Below are positions 1-6,114 of a stretch of 13,828 nucleotides of DNA, in pieces. This DNA is from a bacterium (GTDB lineage Bacteria; BMS3Abin14): the NCBI GenBank assembly GCA_020349685.1, contig CP070698.1, forward strand, positions 1,833,281 to 1,847,108. Direction: 5' to 3'. The position numbers were made by a program, and so were the translations under genes. Position 1 is the first letter of the stretch; every line of letters begins with the position of its first letter. The notes below the pieces were generated by a model. That model was not told the origin of the DNA. It saw nothing but the letters and a program-made list of their open reading frames with translations, and did no database searches.

Positions 1-1
1 G

Positions 2-88
2 GGCCGTCTGGCCGACGTGGCGCCGACGATCCTGAAGATCATGGGGATAGAGCAGCCTTCGGAAATGACTGGAACACCACTCTTTTAG
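2..88 (+). CDS. gpmI: 3' end of 2,3-bisphosphoglycerate-independent phosphoglycerate mutase (partial, runs off the left edge)
   Basis: Frame from nt 2 reads GRLADVAPTILKIMGIEQPSEMTGTPLF*, the characteristic iPGM C-terminus (G.LAD.APT.L..MG...P.EMTG). Not in the ORF track because it is short. Confidence 0.88.
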   Translation, partial: GRLADVAPTILKIMGIEQPSEMTGTPLF

Positions 89-103
89 AGAACATTTTCC
101 CAT

Positions 104-258
104 GACTCGGAGACACGGGGACACGGAGACACGGAGAAAATGTTTCCCCCGCGGCGCTGCGTCGAAGACATTGAGAAGATCTCTCCCCGACACCCCGTTA
201 CTCCGATACCCCGATACCAGAATTTTTCTCCCCCTCACCCTCTCACCCCCTCTCCCCC
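104..258. repeat. Three 8-nt tandem arrays: (GACACGGA)x4 at 104-135, loosely inverted (CYCCGAYA-like)x4 at 185-216, and (TCWCCCCC)x4 at 227-258
   Basis: Read directly: gactcgga gacacggg gacacgga gacacgga ... ccccgaca ccccgtta ctccgata ccccgata ... tctccccc tcaccctc tcaccccc tctccccc. Confidence 0.85.
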
Positions 259-282
259 TCCCGGGCATCAAGAAAACCGGTT

Positions 283-299
283 CAGGCACCCATTTTGCA
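283..299 (+). promoter_or_regulatory. Putative sigma-54 (-24/-12) promoter of comF
   Basis: CAGGCACCCATTTTGCA: GG at 285-286, exactly 10 nt, GC at 297-298, matching the TGGCAC-N5-TTGC consensus. Predicted +1 is about 310 and the ATG is at 311. Confidence 0.62.
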
Positions 300-310
300 C
301 AGACTTTTGT

Positions 311-1042
311 ATGATTGTGCAAAATGTGGTGCGTGGTTTTCTTGATGCACTCTACCCCCCTTTCTGCCTTATCTGCGGCCGGCTGTCTGACGGGCCCTAT
401 CCCCACTGCTGCCCGGACTGTTTCCGCTCCTTCGAGCCCATCGGGACGTCGTGCTGCGAGCTCTGCGGGGAGCCGTTCCAGGACGGGCAGGTCCCGCATG
501 TGTGCCTTTCCTGTATCAGGCGACCTCCTCCCTTCGACTGGTGCCGCGGAGTTCTTCTTTACCGGGGCGCCCTGGCCGAGGCGCTGTCCAGGCTGAAATA
601 TTCCGGAGCGCTCCCCTTGCTGCAGCCCCTGGTTGAGGCCCTCCTTTCCAATCTGGGGGCCTCAGGTCCTCTCCCGGTTGTGGATGCGATAGTGCCGGTT
701 CCGCTTTCCCTCAAGGGGCTATGGAAGAGAGGGTTTAACCAATCAGTCCTCCTGGCCACGCCTGTGGCGCGGCATCTCAAGGTTAAGGTCCAGGAGGGAA
801 CGCTCAGGAAAAGGGGAGGCAAGCCGCAGGTGGGTATTGCGGCGTCCCAAAGGCACCGGAACGCCATGTCATCCTTTCTTCCGGGCCCGTCCATCGATCA
901 GGTGAAGGGGAAAAGACTCCTGCTTTTTGATGACGTGTTTACAACAGGAGCGACGGCAAGGGCCTGCGCCGGGATCCTGCGGGCAGAGGGCGCGAAGGTG
1001 TCGGTCCTGACGCTGGCAAGGGCGGGGAAGGCGAGTGTCTAG
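311..1042 (+). CDS. comF: ComF/GntX family competence protein (double zinc ribbon + PRTase-like domain)
   Basis: LYPPFCLIC...CPDC...CELCG...CLSC zinc ribbons, RGFNQ, and the LLFDDVFTTGAT PRPP-binding loop. Start moved from 140 to ATG 311 because 140-310 translates the repeat arrays and family-like sequence begins at MIVQ...FLDALYP. Confidence 0.9.
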   Translation: MIVQNVVRGFLDALYPPFCLICGRLSDGPYPHCCPDCFRSFEPIGTSCCELCGEPFQDGQVPHVCLSCIRRPPPFDWCRGVLLYRGALAEALSRLKYSGALPLLQPLVEALLSNLGASGPLPVVDAIVPVPLSLKGLWKRGFNQSVLLATPVARHLKVKVQEGTLRKRGGKPQVGIAASQRHRNAMSSFLPGPSIDQVKGKRLLLFDDVFTTGATARACAGILRAEGAKVSVLTLARAGKASV

Positions 1043-1157
1043 TGTCTGGTTCTGGTTTCTGGTAAAAAAACAGGTCTCCGCTATTTACTCTGGAACTGGA
1101 CGCCAGACACCAGAACTAGACGCTAGACACCAGAACTAGACACCAGAACTAGACACT
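1034..1157. repeat. Inverted pair of 6/7-nt tandem arrays (RGTGTCT/GGTTCT left; CYAGACA/CCAGAA right) between convergent comF and suhB
   Basis: Left 1034-1063: agtgtct agtgtct ggttct ggtttct ggt. Right 1090-1157: ctggaa ctggacg ccagaca ccagaa ctagacg ctagaca ccagaa ctagaca ccagaa ctagaca ct. Confidence 0.92.
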
Positions 1158-1955
1158 GGTTTTCAGTACTTCCACCATCTCCCTGTGGATCCTTCCGTTG
1201 CTTGCGAGAACTTTTGATCCATCCATCTTCAGTTCCCTGCCCTCGAAGTCGGTCGTTACGCCTCCGGCTTCCCGGATGATGAGGGCCCCGGCTGCGATGT
1301 CCCAGGGCTGGAGGTTCAGTTCCCAGAAACCGTCCAGCCTCCCGCTGGCTACGAAGCAAAGGTCGAGAGCGGCGCTCCCGCAGCGGCGGATGCCTTGCGT
1401 TCTCAGGGCGAAATTGCTGAAGTGGTCCAGGTTCGTTTCTGCCGTGTGCCTGATGTTGTAGGGAAAACCGGTCCCCAGGAGACTGTCATCGAGCTGCTGA
1501 GTCGAGGAGACCCGGATGGGCAGAGCGTTGAGGCTGGCTCCCTGCCCGCGGACGGCTGAGAAGAGCTCCTCCGATACCGGGTTGTAAACCACGCCGCACA
1601 GGACATCCTGTTCGTGGGCGACGGCGATGGATATGGAAAATACAGGGAAACGGTGCGCGTAATTTGTGGTCCCGTCCAGCGGGTCGACGATCCACCAGAA
1701 CCCTTGGGAACCCTTGATGTCAAGGTCTTCCTCGGCGAGGATACCGTGATGGGGGTACTTGAGATGGACCTCCTTCCTTATGAGGTCCTGGGCGGCCCTG
1801 TCCATTTCTGTGACGAGATCCAGCTCCCCCTTGTGGTCAACGGAAAAATCGGTGAGAAGGCGGTCTTTGAGGAGCTGCCCTGTAAGGCGGGAGATGCGGA
1901 TGGCATCCTCCAGGAGATCGGAAGGGCCGGGCTGTTGCTTATCGAGCGGGGTCAA
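1149..1955 (-). CDS. suhB: Inositol monophosphatase family protein (SuhB-like)
   Basis: Motifs DLVTEMD, AEE, WIVDPLDGTTNYAH, RRCGSAALDLC, WDIAAG. TTG start at 1955 is uncertain. Confidence 0.9.
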   Translation of the reverse strand: MTPLDKQQPGPSDLLEDAIRISRLTGQLLKDRLLTDFSVDHKGELDLVTEMDRAAQDLIRKEVHLKYPHHGILAEEDLDIKGSQGFWWIVDPLDGTTNYAHRFPVFSISIAVAHEQDVLCGVVYNPVSEELFSAVRGQGASLNALPIRVSSTQQLDDSLLGTGFPYNIRHTAETNLDHFSNFALRTQGIRRCGSAALDLCFVASGRLDGFWELNLQPWDIAAGALIIREAGGVTTDFEGRELKMDGSKVLASNGRIHREMVEVLKTSV

Positions 1956-1978
1956 TGGTATTAGAGTCTAATTGCAGC

Positions 1979-2134
1979 TTAGTTGTCGTCTACCAGCTTG
2001 AGACCATCGCTGCCCTTCTTGCGGTAGATCTTGATGGTGCTGCTGCAATAGGAGCAGTAGACGGATTCGCCGGGTTTCTCGTCACCGTCGAGGGTAAGAT
2101 CCGCATCGCAAACGGGACATTTGTAATCCTTCAT
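1979..2134 (-). CDS. Small (51 aa) zinc-ribbon protein, LysW-like fold
   Basis: MKDYKCPVCDADLTLDGDEKPGESVYCSYCSSTIKIY...: two CxxC pairs with LysW-like spacing. AAGGGAG Shine-Dalgarno upstream of ATG 2134. Ends 23 nt before the suhB start. Confidence 0.75.
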   Translation of the reverse strand: MKDYKCPVCDADLTLDGDEKPGESVYCSYCSSTIKIYRKKGSDGLKLVDDN

Positions 2135-2166
2135 GGCAGGCTCCCTTGGACTGTGAAGTGACCAGG

Positions 2167-4059
2167 ATGAAACGATATACCAATATGGGCTTTCTGGCAA
2201 TAATTCGCAGGGCTTTCCTGCCTCTTTTGTGTGCCGTGATGATGACGGGCCTCGTGGGCATCGGAGTCGTCAAGGCTCGCAAGGCAATGGCTGCCGTGGA
2301 GGATGCTTCCGCCGGGCCTGGATTTTCAGGATCCCGGCCCCGTCTCGAGGTGCTGGAGAGGAGGTTCTACCTCGCCTCGGAGGAGGAACGATCCCCGGTG
2401 CTGGACGAGATGCGTAAGCTGGGAACAGACGATGCCCTCGATTTCACCATGGATCTTCTCAGGTACCCGGACATCAAGGTCAGGCGGGAGGCTGTTGACG
2501 CCCTTAAAAAGTGGGGTCCCGAGGGCTACAAGGCTGTTTTCGGGGGCATGACCGATCCGGAGATCGACTGGCTGTGTGAAACGGTCTTCGTCGAACTGGG
2601 GCCGGCGGCCCTTCCTTTTCTCATCGATCAGTTGGGGCACAGCAGGCCTGACCACCGCGGACGGGCAGCCTACCTTCTGGGAAAGATCAAGGACCGCCGT
2701 GCCACGGGACCTTTGTACAGCAGGCTCAAGGACCCGGACAGGGATGTGAGGATCCAGGTTGTTCAGGCCCTGTGTGAACAGGGCGATGAAAGGTCCCTGG
2801 AGGGCATCCTCGACCTTTTCGAGTCAGAGGACGCTGGGCTGGCCGATTTTGTCATCAAGGCGGCCGAAAAGTTCGGGCCGAGGGCCGTTCCAACTCTCCG
2901 GGCGGCGTTAAAGAAGGGCAGCGTGAAGATCAGGAGCGGCGCGGCTCTGGCTATCGGGCGCATCAGGCTGCCTGGAGCGCTGCCCTCCCTTTTCGATGCC
3001 CTTGAAGATCCGGATGCCGGTGTTCGCCGAAGCGTGGTGAAAGCCCTGGATTCCTATCACAACGTGTCCACAGCCAGGGGTTTGTTCCTGGCGCTTCATG
3101 ATCCGGACCTCGAGGTCCAGGATTACGCCACCACAGCCCTGGCCAGGCTTTATCCGGGTATTTCCCAGGCCCTCATGGAAAGGATCCGGGATGAGGACCC
3201 TGGCATCAGGAAGAACGTCATTGCCGCTTTTCGCAAAGCGGGGGATAAAGAGGCTGTGCCGTTAATCATTCGCGCCCTGGACGATCCGGACCCCGACGTG
3301 CGCATGTTCGCGGTCACAGCACTCATCGAACTCAAGGATCCCCGGTCCATCCAGAGCCTCATTGCCAGAATGAAGATAGAGGACACCATGGGATGGCTTG
3401 TCTCCTACGCCCTCATGGAGCTGGGAGAAGTGGCGGTGGAGGCGCTCCTGAAGGAAACGGGTGACGACAGCTTCTGCCTCACCCGGAACCTGGTCATCCT
3501 GCAGATGGGAGAACGGGCCCTCGGGGCCCTGCACGAAAGGGCCAGAAACGGGGAGGGCACGGCCGTGCGCTACAACGCCATCGCTCTCCTCGGGGAATTG
3601 GGCAGCCCCGAGAGCGTGACGGTTCTGGAGGAGCTTCTCCGTTACGAGGAGGTGGGCTGGGTGGCCGCCAACGCCCTCGGGAATGTCGGGGAGCCGGCCT
3701 GGGAGGCCTTGAGCAGCGCCGCTGCCAGGGAAGGGGTCGCCGGTGACAACGCCCGCCACGCCATCAGCAGGTTGTGCGACCCGAAACTCTACCTGGAGTT
3801 TGTCGAGGCCCTCGATTCAGACCACGCCGGATTCCGGAGGGCGGTAGCCGAGCCCCTGGTGGCCGCCGGGGGGGCGGTGGTTCCCCTCGTTGTCGAGAAG
3901 ATGGCCCAACTGGAAGGACCCCAGTTCTCCGATGCGGTCGAGATCATCTGCAGGATCCAGGATCAGAAGGCCGTTCCTGCCATCAGCAGGGCCCTTTTCC
4001 CGGAAAACCGGGAATTGTCTTTTCTGAGGACGGAACAGCTTCAACAGCTCAGGCAGTAG
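2167..4059 (+). CDS. HEAT/PBS-lyase repeat protein with N-terminal export signal (start uncertain; may continue to 4161)
   Basis: Many L.D.D..VR..A..AL repeats (LKDPDRDVRIQVVQAL, LEDPDAGVRRSVVKAL, LDDPDPDVRMFAVTAL). N-terminus has RRAFL, a hydrophobic stretch and AMA. Confidence 0.85.
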   Translation: MKRYTNMGFLAIIRRAFLPLLCAVMMTGLVGIGVVKARKAMAAVEDASAGPGFSGSRPRLEVLERRFYLASEEERSPVLDEMRKLGTDDALDFTMDLLRYPDIKVRREAVDALKKWGPEGYKAVFGGMTDPEIDWLCETVFVELGPAALPFLIDQLGHSRPDHRGRAAYLLGKIKDRRATGPLYSRLKDPDRDVRIQVVQALCEQGDERSLEGILDLFESEDAGLADFVIKAAEKFGPRAVPTLRAALKKGSVKIRSGAALAIGRIRLPGALPSLFDALEDPDAGVRRSVVKALDSYHNVSTARGLFLALHDPDLEVQDYATTALARLYPGISQALMERIRDEDPGIRKNVIAAFRKAGDKEAVPLIIRALDDPDPDVRMFAVTALIELKDPRSIQSLIARMKIEDTMGWLVSYALMELGEVAVEALLKETGDDSFCLTRNLVILQMGERALGALHERARNGEGTAVRYNAIALLGELGSPESVTVLEELLRYEEVGWVAANALGNVGEPAWEALSSAAAREGVAGDNARHAISRLCDPKLYLEFVEALDSDHAGFRRAVAEPLVAAGGAVVPLVVEKMAQLEGPQFSDAVEIICRIQDQKAVPAISRALFPENRELSFLRTEQLQQLRQ

Positions 4060-4139
4060 TACGTCAGAAAGGGTTCATTGGAGCCGGTTCTGGCGCGCCT
4101 GCAAAGGGAAATGGATCGAGTCGGCAGCGGAGGAAGCCC

Positions 4140-4595
4140 ATGGGAACGGGCCGTACCTTAGTAGAGAACCGCCAGGCGCGCTTCAATTACGAGATACTGG
4201 AAAAGGTCGAGGCAGGGATAGCCCTTCTCGGGACCGAGGTCAAGTCCATCCGGGAGGGAAAGGCCAACATCAAGGAGGCTTATGCGGACATACGCGGCGG
4301 CGAAGTGTGGCTCACCGGTGCCCACATCAGCCCTTACTCCCACGGCAACATTACCAACCACGACCCTTTAAGAGACCGAAAACTGCTGCTAACCGGAATG
4401 GAGATCAGCAGGCTCCAGGGCAAGGTCATGGAAAAGGGGCTGACCCTCATTCCACTGCGCCTGTACCTGAAGGGCCGGCTCATTAAGCTTGAGCTCGGGG
4501 TCGGACGCGGCAAGAAACTCGTGGACAAGAGGGAGGATATCAAGAAGCGTGATCAGCAGCGGGAAATACAGAGAGAATTAAAGGATCGCGGATGA
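4140..4595 (+). CDS. smpB: SsrA-binding protein SmpB
   Basis: NRQARFNYEILEKVEAGIALLGTEVKSIREG, HDPLRDRKLLL, GLTLIPLRLY, GKKLVDKRE. GGAGG Shine-Dalgarno before ATG 4140 (151 aa). Confidence 0.97.
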   Translation: MGTGRTLVENRQARFNYEILEKVEAGIALLGTEVKSIREGKANIKEAYADIRGGEVWLTGAHISPYSHGNITNHDPLRDRKLLLTGMEISRLQGKVMEKGLTLIPLRLYLKGRLIKLELGVGRGKKLVDKREDIKKRDQQREIQRELKDRG

Positions 4596-4615
4596 GTCTT
4601 TCGATGCTGATCACG

Positions 4616-4732
4616 CTGGTGTCTGGTTTCTAGTGTCTTGTGTCTAGAAACAGGACATAGAGCAAAACAGGAATGGCGGCCTTAAGGCCGCCCGCTTATT
4701 AGCTAGACACCAGAATCTAGACACGAGACACT
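4616..4732. repeat. Inverted CTAGACA-family heptamer arrays flanking a perfect 18-bp palindrome
   Basis: Left 4616-4647: ctggtgtctggtttctagtgtcttgtgtctag. Right 4703-4732: ctagaca ccagaat ctagaca cgagaca ct. Core palindrome GGCGGCCTTAAGGCCGCC at 4675-4692. Confidence 0.88.
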
Positions 4733-4733
4733 G

Positions 4734-4775
4734 TACCAATAAAAAGGTGGTCAAAAGCCCACCTTTTTATTGGTA
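4734..4775. terminator. Probable bidirectional intrinsic terminator between smpB and the hcp-like gene
   Basis: Perfect 17-bp inverted repeat TACCAATAAAAAGGTGG-N8-CCACCTTTTTATTGGTA, giving a T-tract on both strands. Overlaps the hcp-like stop codon. Confidence 0.8.
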
Positions 4776-5261
4776 TTCCACCTGCTTGAAGCTCACCGTG
4801 ACAATTTCCGTATCTTTCCCGTCGCGTTTCTTCTTCCCCGGCTCTACGGACAGGATCTTCACCTTTCTCAGGATCAGGGACTTGAATTGACCCAGGTCCG
4901 AGCCGGTAAGTTCGATGCGGATGTGAGACAGCTGGACCTTGCTCTGGCAGCACAGGGCGAGCATCCTGGAAGATCGATCGACCTCTTTTTCAAAGGAAAA
5001 GTCACCGAAGTGCAGTTTCCCTGCATTTCCTTCTCCATCCAGGGGAAGCATGGAACCCCTGGGCGCGGGCACGGAACCGAAATCGCACGAGATTACCTCG
5101 ATCCAGTTGCGATGGGCGGGCTCGGGGCTGCTTCCGGGTATCCCGGGCATATAAAGGAAGGCGTAGGTGTCCGATGCAGCCCGTGCCGTGGCTGTCATTC
5201 CGCATAAAAAGAGCAGGGCCGATAGAAAAATGAAACCGCTGGTTCTGATTATCCCCCTCAC
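4767..5261 (-). CDS. Hcp-like (type VI secretion tube, DUF796) protein with a Sec-type signal peptide
   Basis: AFLYMPGIPGSS...HRNWIEVIS, FGDFSFEKEVDRSSRMLALCC and EIVTVSFKQVEY follow the Hcp pattern (FLKIDGI.GES...HKDWIEVLS...DFSF.K.VDKASP.L...C...E.V.L.Y). N-terminal n/h/c regions end in ARA-A. GTG start. Confidence 0.8.
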   Translation of the reverse strand: MRGIIRTSGFIFLSALLFLCGMTATARAASDTYAFLYMPGIPGSSPEPAHRNWIEVISCDFGSVPAPRGSMLPLDGEGNAGKLHFGDFSFEKEVDRSSRMLALCCQSKVQLSHIRIELTGSDLGQFKSLILRKVKILSVEPGKKKRDGKDTEIVTVSFKQVEYQ

Positions 5262-5328
5262 AGCACAACCCCCGGTATCGGATGTTTCAGTGCCGGGTCA
5301 GGCAACGAAACAAAACTTTCTTTTACCT

Positions 5329-5337
5329 ATTATAACA
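5329..5337 (-). promoter_or_regulatory. Extended -10 sigma-70 promoter for the hcp-like gene
   Basis: Minus strand reads TGTTATAAT (TGn + perfect TATAAT), about 70 nt upstream of the GTG start. No clear -35. Confidence 0.6.
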
Positions 5338-5553
5338 ATACGTCAGGACCGGATCATGGTTACGCAAAGGATCCCCCGCAAGGGAGAGAACGGGATCCTT
5401 GTAAAGTAGACACCCGATAGAAGGTAAAGTTTAAGGATGTTTTCGGTCAGGGATACGGGTCTGAAGTTTGATGGAGGAAACCATGTCCGGGTCCATGAGG
5501 TCTTCGCGCCGGCTTTCCCTGATCAAATGTTCCGTATTTTTAACTGAGCGCCC

Positions 5554-5598
5554 TTGACACCCTGACTATTTATGTATATATGAACAGATAATCATATA
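5554..5598 (+). promoter_or_regulatory. Sigma-70 promoter overlapped by an SmtB/ArsR-type operator
   Basis: TTGACA 5554-5559, 17 nt, then TATATG 5577-5582. Inverted repeat TATATGA-acagataa-TCATATA (5577-5598) resembles the SmtB/CzrA operator core. Confidence 0.75.
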
Positions 5599-5614
5599 GA
5601 TAGAGGTGTTGCCA

Positions 5615-5974
5615 ATGACGGATAACCAGGATCTGTGCCAGAGCAGGGTGATCCACGAGGAAAAGATCGCGCGCGCGCGCAGGAGGGCTCTCGGAGCGCA
5701 GGACGTAGACTGCGTCACGAGAACCTTCAAGGCCATGGGCGACCCCACGCGCCTGAAGATCCTGTGGGCTCTCGAGCCGGGCGAGATGTGTGTCTGTGAC
5801 ATCGCTGCCCATCTGGAGGTCACCGAATCGGCGGTGAGCCATCAGCTGAGGATCCTCAGGCACCTGGACCTGGTGTCCAACCGGAGGCAAGGAACAATCC
5901 TCTATTACAGGCTCAACGACCGGCATGTCAGCCAACTCATTGATCTTGCGCTGGAGCATGTGCGAGAGCCGTGA
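5615..5974 (+). CDS. ArsR/SmtB family metal-responsive repressor
   Basis: FKAMGDPTRLKIL, EMCVCDIA, SAVSHQLRILR HTH, and C-terminal D-x-H-x10-H-x2-E (alpha5 site). GAGGT Shine-Dalgarno 7 nt before ATG 5615 (alternative GTG 5606). Confidence 0.93.
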   Translation: MTDNQDLCQSRVIHEEKIARARRRALGAQDVDCVTRTFKAMGDPTRLKILWALEPGEMCVCDIAAHLEVTESAVSHQLRILRHLDLVSNRRQGTILYYRLNDRHVSQLIDLALEHVREP

Positions 5975-6105
5975 TTCGTGAATCGTGAGTCGTTATTCGA
6001 ACTTACTGTTTAAAAAAGCCTTAGAGGGCTATTTCCCAAATCACGAATCAAAAATGGCTGATTCAGCTTTATTGCAAATCACGAATCACAAATTACGAAT
6101 CACGA
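5970..6105. repeat. Inverted CGTGAWT / AATCACG heptamer arrays between arsR and the permease
   Basis: Left 5970-5999: cgtgatt cgtgaat cgtgagt cgttatt cg. Right: 6039-6055 aatcacg aatcaaa aat and 6077-6105 aatcacg aatcaca aattacg aatcacg a. Confidence 0.9.
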
Positions 6106-6114
6106 GAAGGGAAA

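Noticed and set aside
140-310. N-terminal 57-aa extension of the comF ORF and overlapping ORF 102..314
   Set aside because: Pro/His-rich translation of the octamer arrays. Family-like sequence and the promoter motif point to ATG 311.
1979-2134. Assigning the symbol lysW
   Set aside because: The essential C-terminal EDWGE motif and neighbouring lys/arg genes are absent.
3774-4139. 122-aa N-terminal extension of smpB in the ORF track
   Set aside because: Overlaps the HEAT gene in another frame. SmpB homology and a GGAGG site start at ATG 4140.
4596-4766. tmRNA (ssrA) next to smpB
   Set aside because: The gap is only about 170 nt, is filled by repeats and a terminator, and has no tRNA-like ends or tag reading frame.
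4767-5261. Type VI secretion gene cluster
   Set aside because: Only a lone hcp-like gene; no sheath, baseplate, vgrG or membrane-complex genes in the window.
5270-5282. CCCCGGTATCGGA resembling the 19-bp transposase-associated repeat (11/13)
   Set aside because: Short GC-rich match that coincides with the hcp-like ribosome-binding region; likely chance.
5570-5959. 129-aa minus-strand ORF
   Set aside because: Antisense shadow of the well-supported arsR gene. The many ORFs antisense to or nested in carB, the HEAT gene, the permease, DUF438 and the SDR were dismissed for the same reason.
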